NCBI GenBank assembly: GCA_043228905.1
Contig: JBHGNT010000003.1
Location: 21,824,001-21,888,000 of the forward strand
Direction: 5' to 3'
From: Azolla caroliniana
Taxonomy: Eukaryota; Plantae; Polypodiophyta
Length of the DNA stretch: 64,000 nt
Position numbers and translations under genes: made by a program. Each line of letters starts with the position of its first letter. Positions within the stretch are counted from its first letter, which is position 1. The notes beneath the pieces are model-generated. The model was not told where the DNA came from. It made no database searches and worked only from the letters and a program-made list of their open reading frames with translations. This document shows positions 22,654 to 39,000 of this stretch, piece after piece.

Positions 22654-24148
22654 GTATATTGTCAAATTTTTAGTAGCTGTAATATTTTCCTAAAGTAATT
22701 GGGTTTGTGGTGCAATGATCAACATATCTACTTTGAACAAATGTCTTCATGCTCGCTTTTTGGAAATATTTGATTTAGTGGCCCCAAGATTACATGATTA
22801 GAAATGGAAAGAGTGATTTAAATTGAGGGGAATGTCTTAATAGGTTTATATCCAAACTGAGCCAATTCTATTGACTTAAGCCAAATTTAATGTTGCAAGA
22901 AGATACCAATGAAAGAGCAATAAGTTATTAAGCTAAGATTACTTCATCAAGGCAAGATTTTCTAATATTCTCCCAAATTTTAGATGAGTTCAAGATAATA
23001 GTTACTTGATATATCCAAGCAACCATTGAAATTGTGGCGTTCCATGATTTGGTGACTATACATGATAAATGTTTGGTACTTTGAAGGTCACGCAGCTAAA
23101 AGAGAATTTTGTTGAATACCCATGGATGATGGAGGAGAACACATTACAGTTCATAAGCAAAACACCTCCATTAGGCATAAAAGAGAGGGGAAGTATCAAA
23201 TTTGCCACTTCATCATAAGAGCAAAAAGAAGATTAGGGAGCATTAATCTGAGGCATGTAATGGGGGTCAATGACATTAAGTGAAAGTGATTTAGCCTCTT
23301 TTATACCTTGGCCTTTCACTCCAAGCCATTATATCTCTTGTGAGGTTAAGGGAGAGCATTTGGTTACCCATCTAAAAGAGTTATGCAATCTGTTTTCTTC
23401 ATTTCGTTCCTCTTGAGAGCCATTCATGTCCTGTCTGTCACCGGAAAATTTCTATATTTTTCATAATATTATTCACATTGAATATCAAAATATAGCAAAT
23501 ATCTTTACCCCTATTCATTATTTCATCAAACAATTCTAATCACCGTGTGTTTCTATATTTTTCATAATATTATTCACATTGAACATTAAAATATAGCAAA
23601 TATCTTTAACCCTATTGGTAATTATTTCATCAAATAAAATTCCAATCACGGTGTCTGAAGGATGGGAATATTAGAGCTTGAAAACAATGGGCAACCAGTG
23701 CACTCTTGACACTCTTAAAGAGTCACATAGCACACGTTACCATGCTAGCATTTTTTGCATGTGACATTATGTTTAATTCAATGAAGGCACAATGGACGAA
23801 TGTTCGTAAGATGTGTACTTAGAATATAATGTGGAAAGTTACATAATAGCTTTACAATTGCGGAATCTCTTCCAATGTTATTGTCATTATTATTGTTAAT
23901 TACTACTATACACACATCCATAATACAAGCTTTCAAAAGTAGTCTTCCAGGAGCAGTAGAATAGAGCTGGTAGCATTCAAAACATTCCTTCAAAACCTCC
24001 TTATCATTGGCATTCCCTACTGCATTCATGAAAAGACACATCTATGCTACATTATCATATGCTACATATCATGAATAATATCTTTACATTCTTGTACTAG
24101 GAACCTTTCTATGCCTGTGCTTGAAGAAATTCCAATCTCATTATATTA

Positions 24149-27100
24149 TTATACATTTGAATTATTGCCGCTCAAAAATGGTTCAGTTTCTGAGTGCTGA
24201 TCAAATGCCATGGGCAGCGCATTATTATGCTGCTGTTGCTGTTGGCCTTCATTATTAACATCCACTTCGATTTGGCGTGTTTGCAAGTGGGTAAGACAAG
24301 TCTGTACTGCGTCATGCATCCTCACAAAGAACCATTGCTTGCCCATGATGTCTGGCATGCGGGACTTTGTCAATGTTGCCATAACTTCGTGGTTGGGATT
24401 TGCAAATGCCATCTGTACACAATTTTCAACTTCAATTTCATCATGGCATTCGTTATTTACAAAAACCATTCACAATTTCACATCTGACATACCTGTATAT
24501 TTCGTGATTTATATTCTTCATGCAATTGTTTCAACGCTTGAACTGCACTACTGTCGATGTGAGTTACAGCTGCACAATCCACATATCAAATAAATAGTCA
24601 ATTGCATGACCTAAGAAGAACATACTTGAACCCTTGTAGAGAACAGAATGTAGAAAAAGTCTTTTAGAATTATTATTTATGTACCAGTCAGTTACTAGCA
24701 TGTAGGATGAAAGCAGCCTGAATAAGCATTCAGTGCCCCACAATATAATCTGGGCTGTGAATGGGATAAGCCCCAATATTGATCAGGGAAAATATTCCAA
24801 AGTGACTTATGTCTAACGGAGATTCCAAAGACAAGATAGCTGGGAGACATGGAGACTTATAGTTACAAGATAGGGATTTCGGCCCTAAATTCATCAAAAT
24901 AGCTGGGAGACATGGAGAGACTTATAGTCACTATGCTAAAATGTAAGAATGGTTCCAATCACATGACACAAATAAAACGTACTACCCTCATTCCAATGTA
25001 GCTTGGATTGTCCACATTTGGACATGACCAAAGTGGAAAAGCATGTTTAATCCAGACTGGATAATGAATGGGCATGGATCAGTCCTACAACGCCTCCTGG
25101 AATGGATCAGCAATCAGATGGACGCAATCAAAGCCAAGTAGAGGCTATGCATGTGAATAATGGGAACTTGTAGATAGGTCTCTCAGCATGAAGTTGCAGA
25201 TTGGAAAGAAATTTGTTGTTGATTCAATGGGCCTATAATGCCAGAGCTATGCATGTGAACTTGTAGATAAGTTTCTTGGCAAGAAATTTATTGTTAATTC
25301 AAAAGGCCTATAATGCCAGCTTTAAAATGTAATGGTCGCTCAAAAACTGTAAGGGTATTGATTATTATCAAATTTCTGCACCAACAGCTAGAATAACCAG
25401 TGCGCATGTATAGCTATGTCTATCACCGCATTATGTATGGTTGGCATATGTTTCAATTGAATACTCAAATGGCCTTCTTTATAACAAAGCATTTTTTGGC
25501 AAATCGAAGCAGAGTATGCAAACTCAAGAAAGCTCTGTAAGATTGTGCGCACCTGGTGATTGGCATAAGCACATTCATTCCCACTTTGGTGATTGTGAGT
25601 TCACTCAATGCCCATATGAGAACACACTGTATGTGCAACTTCATGGTGATAATATGCTCATGATAGTGGTGTATCTCTGACACCATTGTATCTTTTCTAC
25701 TTCACTTCAGTGTCCTAGATAAGTATCCAATCTAAGCTAATTCATATGGTAGGATAAAATCATTGCAGAGTCTCCAGTTACTGTCCAACCTTATTTACCC
25801 AGTATAATGGGTAGAATATTTTATCCTAATCAAATATGACTAACATCACATAGAATCATAATATTAATTTTCTGAACATATGGAAAATTAGCATCGCTTC
25901 AAAACTAAAAACATGAAAGGACTAACATCACATAGAATCATAATATTAATTCTCTGAACATATTGAAAATGAGAATTGTTTCAAAACTAAAAACATGAAA
26001 CATACGTGATAATTCGATGATTACATATTGCAAGGGTTCACCAGCACTTTCCGGCTTAAGCTCATATTTCCTTAATCTGTATAGCAACGATTTCATAGTG
26101 AATATAATACCCAAAAGCTAAAAGAAAACAGATCAATTATTAAAGAATTCTTTGCTACATTTCACTAGTAGAGACTGAAACCCCACTCCAGCCTATATAA
26201 TCAAGCAGAGTTTGTACCAAAAATTACTCCAAAATCTTAATAAATGGATGAGGGTCGCAATATGGTCAATATTGAATAAATACTGAGTTAATCCTTGTGG
26301 AGTCTGGGAAATGCCTGAAAACAATGAAATTCTCCATATGCCGGCAGTGTCAATAATATCTAATCTGATGAGCTAATTGTGGTTGGACTGTGTTTCAAAG
26401 ATTTCTTCACATTAGCTTAATGTGGTACTGGATCTATCAGAGGCAAGTGCTGAAGCATGGAAAAAAGCTTAAGGAATTGATATAAAGACTTCTGCTATAT
26501 TGACATCACCTGCAGCTTTCCAATCTCTTTTTGTTGAGAGACATCAGCTGCCTTTCTGATGAATTGCAGCGGTACTCAGTTTTACACTTTGTAGATTTGA
26601 AGGTTTTCAGAAATTGCAGCCATTGCAAACTTTCAGTTTTGAGATTCGCTGACCATTCTAAACACTATATCCTCACGTTCATAGCATGTCTAGTTTTAAC
26701 ATATTGTATAAAACCCATGTTGAATAGCAGTAGAGTAGAATTGATATAAGAAAACACTCAGTTGATCCACAATGCAAAAACTCAAAAGAGCACATTCTTC
26801 TAAATAAAATGCCACAACGAAGAAAACATAGCATAGGGGGTTAATATACAGCTCCAATGTCATGGGGACAAAGCCAGGGTACCAGCATATCTACAAATAT
26901 AGGTTAACAGTACGCCTATAGAACAGGGTTAGTCTTATAATATTTATCATAGTCGAAACCCCATAAGAATGCTATGTGAAAACATTTTCATTTTATTTTT
27001 GCAAGTGAGAAACATACCCATCTTTGATAAATGATATATTTGCGAAATACATAGGAGCATCAATACGAATAAGAACAAGCCCAGGATATCTGTAGGCTTC

Positions 27101-30100
27101 AGGATACTGTTGAACATTTCTGTAAACTGTGGTGCCAGGAAGCCGTCCAAGAATGGCTGAAATCCATAGTAAAAAGGAAATTAGATAGGACAAAGATTTT
27201 CACACTATTTTGCATAGGATAGCATAATCCATATGAATGCCTGTTACTGGGCAAGAAGGCAATTCATTTGGAAATACAGGGGAGCCGCTGATTTTGATTT
27301 ATGCAAATCTACCAACAAAATGGGACAGGAACAATATCTGCACAGCTGTGTGGATAAGAAACACTTCCAAATCATGGGTGGGAAGTAATTTGAAGAACAT
27401 GGAAGAGGCATGTCATAAGAATGTCATTTATTGATTAGACTTAGCTGACCACTGGAAATTCTAGACTTAGCTGACCACTTCAAATTCATAAGCCCTTCTA
27501 AGTCCTTCCAAAGGGAATGTACCTTTAGATTTAAGTGATGCATCTTTTCCAACTCGTCACTGCCTGCTGATTTTCAATAGAATTAATAAAGAAATACCTA
27601 TAGGAGCTCTAATCTTTGGGCCCAAACAGAACTGACATCAGCTCTCTGCCAATCTACAAGTCTTCATTACTTTTAATTATTAGTTAAATGACAACTTGAG
27701 CCTAGTTTAATACTGCCACAAACTGTTAATCCACACTTGGTATTTGAAACACGACACTCAGATACCATGTTTTTCCAAACAGTTTCAATCTCCTGGAAAG
27801 TCCTACCTCCAGGATTAAACCTGTCAAACTAAGCGAGAAAGTGATAAAGCGAGAAAACATACCAATATGTGGATTTGCAGATTCATAGATAACAAAAGCA
27901 AGTGATAACCCAACCTGAAACACATAGTTACAACATTAAGTTTGCTTGAAAGTAAAAGTCCATTAACAGTCATCTGAAAACTTGAAGCACGAAATAAATG
28001 CGCACATGATTTTAGCTAGGAGAGAACTATGAAGAAATATCTCAATGTAGGAGTCCCTTTATGCCTTACCCTAGCAACACCTAATTTAGGGGAGGGAACT
28101 CATTTTACTTCTCTATCTTCTCATGGGAATTTATTAGCAATCCAAAGGAATGTCTTAAACCAAAATTTCCAGTAAACCTCCAGTGCAGCATATTGTCGAC
28201 AGACTGGACACGAGAGATTACGAAAAAAGGTGAATCAACAGGATATATTCATATTCCCACATCTCAGTTTCAATAGTCAAGATTATTTGTTTTCCACTTT
28301 CAATAAGTAGAACTTATAATATGACCACAATTCAGAACTTATACAGACACTCTCTTAAATAATTAACCAGAATTCACAATCGTCATTAGAAGTATTTGAT
28401 TTCTGAGCCTATCAATGTTGGCTGATATCTCAGTAGTAGATGCTTCAATAAAGCAAGTGTGATCTATAACAGGCATCAATATTTTAATGATAATCATTAT
28501 AGCATTAGCAACTTGAAACATGATTTTCACATCTAACTCATGAAGCTGGGTGTTGTTATCATCAAGAAATGTTTGGATAAATTTGTGCTATGAGAATAAT
28601 TGCAAACTATATGACAGCTACTAATTTTATCTGGACAATGTATCCAAACAATGCAAAGAATAATTGCAAAGAAGGGGCGTGGCGCAACTGGATAAAATGA
28701 AAATATAAATCTTCATGGAAGGGATTGAAAAGGATGGAAGATCCATTAATATCTTTCCGGAGCCTTGATAGTACCTAGGAATATAATATGGAGGGTGATT
28801 GTCTAGGAAATTATGATATGGCATTTGAGAATTTCATGTAGTGTATATTCAGATAACTATGAGTGTGAATAGGCATATTCATGCATTGTCAGTCTCAATG
28901 GACCTAGCTGCAAATATGTGAAAGAAAATATGCATTCATTACAAGGTAACTTAATAATTAAGACTTTATGTATAGATTATAGAACTCACAGCAATAAGCA
29001 CGCCAATTTCTACACCAAAAAACAGTGTGGTGACAAAAGCTGTTGTCCATAGTAGGAAGTCACGCTTGTCCACTTGCCATAGAAATATCGGTTCCTCGTA
29101 ATCTATCTATGCCCATTCAAAATTCACAAAACTAGCATTCAATCAAGGTTATAATATGAGATGGTTATTAACACATGTTCCAAACTAACACCTACCAAAC
29201 CCAAGACGGCCGAAATAACAATAGCTGCCAGAGTACACTAAATACATAGAAAACAGAAAACTATTAAGATTCAAGTTGCTCTGACAGTTACACTGTCTCA
29301 TGTATGAAGACAATTATGAATTTTTAAAGTTTTTGAACAAATAACCTCATAAAACAAAGAATAACATATCAGCTGCCTCTAATACCTCAGGCACATGTTC
29401 AAAAATTGGTGTCAAGAAAAGAAGAGCTCCTGTCATAACTAAGCCTGTTATAATTCCTGTAACACCTGTCTTTGCTCCACTTTCATTATTCACAGCAGAC
29501 CTTGAAAACGATCCTGCAAGGAAGTGGACGGTGAAAAAATACTGTTGGCTGTTCCATCATCATTAAATTAAAGTTCTTTAAAGAACATATTCTATGGATC
29601 TTAAATAGGACATATATTGATATAGATATAGATATGTGCACTCGTAAATATATCAGGTAGATGGGCTTTTGTATTGCGGAACTGCTTCTGCTTTCTATAA
29701 TCTCTCCTATGTGTTAAACCCCATAATCATTTTTAGTTTCTATATCTCTGCCTTTAGATATTTCAGAAAATTGTCATTCTAGGTTCACTTCTCTATAAAT
29801 ATCTCACATATTAAAATTCTTCTGTACTCAATAGTATAAAGAAAACAGGCATGTGCTGACAAATGCACAAGAAAAACACGCCCTATGTTGTAATCTATAA
29901 ACTATAAGATTATCCATCACCATTCCAGAGAGACAGATATGTTTAGACTTAGTATATAATAATGCTAACCATCTAAAAGGGTAACTGGAAACTTTGCAGC
30001 ACCTCCTATCCTTCATGTGTCAGCTTTTCATTTGTTGTTCTACTAATGTTATTGAATACCATGATTAAGTTTTTGGCTGGTGAAAATGGGACATCTGTTT

Positions 30101-33100
30101 GGAGACCTCACGCAGACTTAATAGGGTTTAGAGTATTTAATAACCAACGTGTTTTCTCCTATACCTTCCCCACAGCATTTGCTTCAGCCAAAAAGGAGAG
30201 GCCCCACATATCACTATAGCTCAGATAAGTGGTATAGAATTGAACGTAATTATTGTCAAGAATGATAAGACTCCCAACCAGAAAACCAATCCAATAGTGT
30301 TATCTATCAATCAGAATGCTTCCAAATTTGATCTTTCCTACTCCTGCACAAATAATATGGCTCAGACATCTATGTCGAGCATGTTATCATACGATGGGAA
30401 ACTGTTGTATGGTTTATTGATAACCAATATTCAAGGTTTGGCTGATATTAGAGCTATGCATATCCATCGTATGGAGAAACAGGGAATTTTTTTAGAAATA
30501 GGATACATTGTCTACCATCCCTGGACAACGAGTAGAAACATTACAGATCACCAGGAGGCATGGTCAACTAGTAGCTACACTTGATACAGTGGATGAACGT
30601 TCAGGGCCACCTTTTTGTGAATCTTGGTATCCTAGATTGTGCTTTTTAAACAAAAATTGATGATCAAGAACAACAACCAATCCACCTATGTCGCCATGAG
30701 AGGAAACTTTGACTTCTTTCCTTTCCTGTCCTGGAACGGCCAGTAGAAACATCCAATTGATCCTTCAGAGTAAGTAAGAACCACAGTCATTAATACTTTC
30801 AATGTAGGAACTGACACTCATCAGCAAGTATGTGAGAGCATCAGCTCTTTCTGATACACCACAGGATAGTGCTGGATACTGTACAGGACAGATCTCCTTT
30901 ATGGCACCCCAGATCACACAAGACTGTATGCCAAAAGGGCCGACAAATATTCTGAAGATATGAGCGTAAAGACAGCCTGCATAATTCCTATACATACAAT
31001 AAGTGAAAGACAGGTCTGTCATAAAAATCTTGTAGTTTGGCTCCTGGATTAATATTGTCATTCTTTATTTATATTCTATCAGGAACATCTCTATATTTAT
31101 GAGAAAATAGGCTGAGCCTTAAGATATACATAAACTGAGTGTCTGCAGTTACAAAAGAAATTTAATTTCACTCAAATATATAAACATCCTTTTCTGTCTA
31201 CTGCATATAAACTAATATTAAAATATAGTGACAGAAGTCTTTTCAGAATTATAGCACTACACATTGACATCTGTAACCAAATACCTGTGGTAGCATAGCA
31301 ACAGAAAAAGGAACCCAATACATTGGAAACACCAAGCCCGAAAAGCTGCCAAGAAATAAGAGACTGTCAATTATTTGAAATGCAGCATTGTCACAGGTTT
31401 TCAAATTCAGTGTTACTGAAGCTGAGATCTAGTTAAAAGCGTTTCTTTCAGTAGTTAATGAGTCTGAATATTACAATTTGAAGAGGAATATCATCTTCTA
31501 GGAAATTATGAAATTTATTCATGAGAAAATTGCAGCATAGGAAAACACATAAGTACACAAATCCAACTCTTAAGTTTAGCCCAAAGTTTTAAGTTTTTAC
31601 CTTTGGTTTTTTTCATATACTGGCTATACTTTTATTTGGTAATAACGTTTCTAAAGGACCATAATGACCTATGAGACCAGACAAAGATCACAACTGTTTA
31701 TGTTAAGTCATCAAAATAAGACACAGGCAAATGTCTTTCCACTCAAGCTTCTTTAACTCTTGACTTGAACTGTAATCATGAATAACCAGCAATCAGGTTT
31801 GGTGCTGATTGTTGGATTTGAAACTGCTGCTGCTGCCCGCTGAGAATATCCAACATTGAATGATCAATATGGAACATTCAACGGGATAAGTAGGGTGTCT
31901 CCAATGCCATGTGATGATGGATTGGATCTCGTAAAGGTAAGCATTGGAATCATGATCCCAATTGATGTTTCTGACAAAGAGAAGTGGCTCTAGTAGTATC
32001 AGTTCAGATGAAACCTGTTGAAGTTCTCAGGCTAGTTGGATCGGTGAGTACTAGCTCTCCGTCATTGTGAGAAAGAATAGGCAAATTTAGCCAGAGTGAA
32101 CAAATGGAAGAAAATCAATTTCAGAAATTTTGGAAAAATGAAGGCAACCAAAGTCAGGGAAAATGCTAATATTGCAAGGAAAGAGAGTCAACAATGAAGG
32201 AGAACAAGGTGGCAATATGTAGGACAAGGGGGGAATAGTTTTGTGTAAAAGGTATGAGAGAGGACAAACAAAAAATTCCAAGAAGTACAGCAAAAGAGAG
32301 GGAGGATGCTCAATACTGAAATGACAGATAAAGCCGCAACGAAAACAGTGAAAGAAAGAAATATATGAACGTCATTAAAAAGAATGGCAAATTATCTCAC
32401 CAAGGTTTAAACTGTATATGTTCACATTATAATATCAGTAACAAAAAATAAAGAAGAAAGATAACGCTAATGTCCTTTATGACCTATAAGACTGAAAAAC
32501 AATTCGATCTTAACATGTAGGCTTGTCTTTGAGGACAAACAAACCAACAGAAATGTAACAAAATGAGAAGAACTTCCTGAAGTTCCAGAGAATCTCATTA
32601 GATAAGCAGTGAATATTCTTAACTTAGATGAACTGAAACTTCTGCCCTAAAAGATCTCAACATGGGCCAATCCAAGCTGGAGAAACCTTCGAAGCAAGTG
32701 AAGCACTTTAGATGTTGGGAGATAATGGTCTTTATCAGTCAATAAAAAAGGATCATTATCCGGATGGACCTAGCCTACATGCACAAGAATTGATTTTGCA
32801 CAATCTATAGTAACCTCAGACAAATTATTATTACCAGGCCATAACATGGCTAGGCACTGTAACACATACTGCCAAAGAAGATGGATACTCTAGCTTTAGA
32901 TATACCACCCTAGCAACCTTGAAATTTTCCAAAGTAAAAAGGAAAAACCTTATCAAAGCTATTAATTGCAAAAAATGATGTCAAAAGAGCACAAACACAT
33001 TAATCACTCACTTCACACAATAGTGTGAAGATATAAGTTTCTTGTTTAAAGGTTCGGTTTTCAAAGCACTGTCACAATCCATTTCCCTAGCATATCTAAA

Positions 33101-35983
33101 CAGGTTCCAAAAAGTCTAATGTATGTTGAGTTTTCCAAAATACAAAAGGCATAACTGGTTAATAGAACAAATGTAGAAAACCTCTTGATTGGAATCAAGC
33201 TCATAATTGTTCCTAGCTGCCAGTGTTTTTGCAATACCAACTGATTCCTGCAAGGAAAGAAAAAACCATAACTAAAGAAGAATGTGTAACAGTAGTAAGA
33301 AAATACGCAAGGGACACACTCCTTTTATTTTCTTTTTTATGTGAAAGGATATTCCCAGAAATCAGAACAAAAGACAACTTTCACAACATGTACTAGCTGA
33401 AGTGCCTCTACATAAATACACCTTGAAAGAGCATTTGAGAAATGCTTGAATTAACTTACCAAGATGGCAACACAAGTTATCAACAAAGCAGTTCCTATCA
33501 GGTCTGGAACATTTCCGAAGTGTTTTGGAACTGTAAAAGAAGGAAGACCCTGAGGAATGCTGCCCACCTATCAGTCAAAATCGAAAAAAAGAACTCAATA
33601 AATTTTACATTACAATTCATAAGTGCTCTCTAATGATTTTTAAGGCACTATAAATAGCGCCCATCATTCCAAATGATATATCTAAGATAGTATTCGATGC
33701 AAAATGGCCCACAAGAAGAACATGTAAGGTTTTATTTTGATTCTTAATCTCTGCACAAATAGAACAGAAACTAATCATTTTTCCCAAACTCTGCTTCAAA
33801 GAGTTCTGATAATCCATATATTGACACTCTTTTCTCATGCGGAACTTGACAATTAATCATAACCATGCCCTGCCAGGAAGCTATTTATTCATCATTTCCT
33901 TATGACAGGCCTTATCAAAATACAAAATAAAAGTAGATTATAAAAAATAAGAAAACCGCTATGCCTTACACATTGTCTAGTTTATAGGGAGCTATTTATT
34001 CATTTTTCACTTATCATTATAAAAACACAAAATAAAAGTGGATTATATGAAATAAGAGAACCATAGTGAGTAAAACATCATCTCCTCATTGTCAGACCTT
34101 ATTAAAACGCAAAATAAGAGAACCACAGCACATGCACACAAAATTATATAAATTCCCAGTTCTCTTTCTAAGTTGTCCCAAGGGTTTATTCCAAATTAAG
34201 AAAAGACAAAGAAGCTAGAATACTCCACCCTAGGTTGATTAATTAAGAGATAGACGCGTCTTAAACTTATGTAAATGTATCCATCCACCTCTTCTGCTAC
34301 AAACCGAGCCCGCAAATATCCCCTAGCTCACTGAGGATGCATGAACATATGCTGTACATGTCCATTTTAATCTCATACTCTTATCACCATAAATCCTTCG
34401 CTTGCGCACACACACACACACACATCATATATACACTGTCAGCTTCAAGGATAAGGCTTCAATTCTTTTCCCCTTAAAATAGTCGAAAGGGGTACATGCA
34501 AGAGGGATATCAAGTAAATGGTCAATGAAGGTTGCTCCAGATAGGACGAAAAGAAAGGCCATCAGGCATGCCAATGGCAGCAGAAATAATGGTTGTATGT
34601 GTGGCTACAAGTAGAGATGATATAGTGACAGAATCAAGAGTTGAGCAAAGGCCAAGAACGTTTCCAACCATCTTCAAGACATCTCTTGAAATCAAATCCA
34701 GTATGAATTGTGAACTTATTCTTTAAGAGGGCTAAAAAGTGACGGTTATCAAAATACAAGTAAGAATGGACTAATTACCAAACTTATATCTGCTGGATTC
34801 ACAACCCACGCAAACAATGTTCCAACCACAACTGCTGTTAAAGGTCCTCCAGCGCGCAAAAATCTGAGTCTCTTTCTTGTCTTCCCCTGAAGTTCGGAAA
34901 GATTAATTTAGAGTGAAGCCAGAACAATTAAGATATAATAGATCAGGAGCAGAAACATAACAGTGCCTCTGATATTTACCAGATGCTTCATTGTCAAGAG
35001 AATAAAGAGCATTACCGAACCAAATAGGAAGGGACGCCATTTAAACTGCGTAAGGGACATCAATATATTTAGACAATTTCCCAATTATAAGACAGGAAGA
35101 TAAAATATCCCAACATGAATTGTATCATTGTAGAGGCTTCAAATTATTTTCCAACAAGCTTCCTTCACATCAAGAACCAAATCTCATGATATTTGAAGTG
35201 AACACATTTGAACTTGTGATATGAAAAGCTTATAGAACACTACAAGGAGAGATTTTTTATGATCAAATATACCTACTACCAAGTGAATCCTAGACAGTTT
35301 TGATGGAGGCACAAGGCAGGCATTACCTAATATTAATCTTAAATTAAATTACCTAATATTACCTGGATGTATACCCTCGTGCACATTCAATGACTCATGG
35401 GAAAAACTTACAAGACAACACTGTCGTCACTCACTCAATCATAAATGTACATAAGAAATTCAGAATGGGCCTTCTGACTGTACTAGAGGACAGAAATATT
35501 CACCTCACTCAAACCAGAGGAAATACTTTCCACAAGAGGAATAATTTTGCTGCTTCGAGTAACACTATAGCCCAGAAAATATTTGCTTTGCGAAAGGGCA
35601 ATAACAATTGCAGATGCCGAGGTAAATCCCGAAATAACGGTGTGGCTTATGAAACGAATCAACCAGCCAAGCCTGAGACCATAACAAATCATGAGAAAAG
35701 CCTTGGCTCATTCTATACTGTTTTTGAATAATAATAAATGAAAATCACCTAAAAATACCCATTAGGCACTCTATTACTCCAACCATCAATGCCAACAAGA
35801 TTGCTAATTCAGTATAATAAGTCTGAGTCTCATCGCTCTCATCAGTTACATCAACAATCTCAGCAAGGACATTAGAGACCAGCAGTGATACTAAAGCAAC
35901 TGGGCCAACGGCAAGCTGTCTCGAAGACCCAAAAACTGAATACGCAAATACAGGAACCACACCAGCATCTGTACAAACGTTGG

Positions 35984-36045
<62 letters not shown>

Positions 36046-39000
36046 GCATACATCTTTAAAGAGCTGTGTGATGATTTCCCTACTAACTGGACAGAACATA
36101 CTACTGTGGCAATCTTAAAGAATGGAGATCCCATGATGCTGAGAAGTTATATGACAATCATGATTGGCCTTTACTTGGCTAAACAATATGGCTCAATCCT
36201 AGAGTCAGAATTGAGTGTATGGGCAGAGATGAATGGCGGCAGTTCAGCTGGACAGCAGGTTTTTGACAGGGGTTGACAACATTGCATCACATATTGACCT
36301 CTGAGCCTTTATCGAGGATGGCAGAACCCAAAAAGAGTGGATTTCTTGCTGCTATCTGAATTTCCAAAAAGCCTTCATCACAGTACCCCATACTTGGCTC
36401 ATGAACTGGCTAGAAGCCATTGGTGTCAACGTAGATATGCACAGGGGAATCGATGAACAATATGAATCTGCGTAAGGAAAAACACGAGGTCTTCCAAAGG
36501 TTGTCAGAGGCTGTGATTGTAGCCATTGGAGTAAAACAAGGATGCCGACAATCACCCACTCTCTTTGGCCTCTATATGTATGAGGTATCACATGGAGGTT
36601 TGGGAGCATACCTACCAGGTATAGCCATATAGACATTACTATATGTTGATGATATTGTGCTCAGCTATGTCTCTTCAAAGGAACTACAACGACATAAATA
36701 CCTCAAAATCGTTTTGTATGGACAAAGATTTGTCCATAAGCCTAGATCAAACTAAAGTGATGGTGTTTAACAGCTTTGGGAGCTCCCGAAAATAAGGTAC
36801 TCAAGGTCAACGTTTACATTATCAAAACAATTGTTGAAACATGGACATAATCATTGTTGGTATGCTGAAACGCAATAATGGCTCCAATCACATGGGAGAA
36901 TCATAATAACACTCGCCCTGTTCCAATATAGTTTGGATTGTCTCCATCTAAACATGTCTAAAGCAAAAAAGAATAGATTGATTCAAATTGATATTATCAA
37001 ATTAGATAACGGAAACACAGTTTTAGCACCACAGCATCTCTTGGTAGAAAGAAGGGATACATTTAAAAAATCGGAGCATAGATACAATATCACGCCTCTT
37101 ATATGGATATACATCTATCACATGCGAAGTGAATTGTGATAGGGCACCTACGGACCTCCTAGCGTCCATTAAGGTATTGAGGTAGGAAAATATGTATAAC
37201 TAATCAATAGACCAAATTAAAGCAAAAGCAAGGTGAATAGATTGGATAAAAGAACCCATTCCTCCCAACCACTCCCAAGCTATGATCAAAACATAGCCAT
37301 CCTAACACCGACATCCCATGCCGACGGATATTAGGATGACTAGTACCTTGGAATAGGTAACACGATTGTCGCAATGAAAGCCTAACCCGCACCACTAGTG
37401 TCTCAAGACTTCAACCTTTTGACATACATGTCTTGTGAGACTTCAACTTTTTCCTAGGCCCCTTGAATAGATGTGCTTTTCTAAAAGACTCTCCATTCAT
37501 TGGTTGTCAAGATCATGATAGTGGATGTACCTATCATTCCTTCTATCCAATCACATTACTCCCTCTCTAACATTAGTGAACATACCCTTTACTTATGTTT
37601 TGTAAATATTGGTGACCTACCATCACCTATGTTTGTGTAGCTATGGGCCTAGTTTACTCTCGAACCGAACCAAACCATTAAGCCATGGTTTAACGGTTTG
37701 GTTTTGGTTTGGATTATTAATAAATGGTTCGTTTTAGTTCAATTTGGTTCTAAAACTTAGGTTTATCGGTTTATTGGGTCATAGGTTTAAGTTTTTGATA
37801 TAAAGGTTTATTGGTTTTTTGTTAACTTTTTTTTCCTTAATGGTTTAATTAATGTTTTTTACTGATTTAATTCGTTTAAATTAAATTCTTATTTAATTTT
37901 ATGGTTTAATTAAACTTTTATGATGAAATTAATTTAATTTAACGTTTTTTTATTTTTTATTTTTTTAATTGATTTGACTTAAATGGTTAGGTTTAAATTT
38001 TTCATTAAATGGTTCGGTTTGGTTTCAACTTTTCCCTAAACAGTTTTGGTTTAAATGGTTTGGTTAAAATGGCTTGAGAGTTTATAAACGGTTTGATTTG
38101 GTTTTTGTTTTATATAAATGGTTCAGTTCGGTTTCAAGGCATAACCGAACCGAACCCATACCCAGTTATGTGTACTTAACAATATGCACACACACATAAG
38201 GAAGAAAGAATCTGCTAATTCTGTCATCAAGGAGATACCATGGCCTCTTTAATCAAGAACATTATGTTTGTCATTGTAATGTTTTTTATCAGATAAGACG
38301 CCAATCTGAAGAACACTATGTTTGCCAATGTACTGTTTTTTTATGAGATAAGAGGGTGATACCACAGCCTCATTAACCAAGGCTTTGACCCACTACGCAA
38401 GGTGATGGAATACGAGGACCAATGATGCGTGGGACTATTTTGCTAGAACTCAAGAACACGGGGATAAGTTGTTGAAGGACAAGAACACAACACACAAGCT
38501 CATCAACAAAGAACAAATACAACTTTCTTTAGCCCATCATACTTATGCTAAAAGTCAATCAACAGCTACACAAGTGCCCTCCTGGCCAGGACATTGCAGA
38601 GGGGTTACAATAGATCCAACAATAGCACCCTGGCCTTATGGACCATAACCTGACCGCCCTTGTCATTGACAAATAATCCCCCATCATTGCAAGAGCTTCC
38701 CTCACATTGAAGATCTCCCCATTTTGGATTAAATCATACTAGAGATCTTTCAAAGGAAAATATTATAATCTCTCTATCTGACTTGAGAATATTATAAATA
38801 TAATGTGTGTGTGTGTATATATATATATATCAGGATTCTTTAGTCACTTTTATTTTTATTTACTTTTTACTCACATTTATTTTGGTTTTGTTGTTCTCAA
38901 AGACAAGAAAACATTTTAGGATGTAATATCTTGTTTGGTCTTATAGTTCAAACGAGTGATTACATCTTAAAATGTTTGTCTTAAAAGACATTAATTCTTT

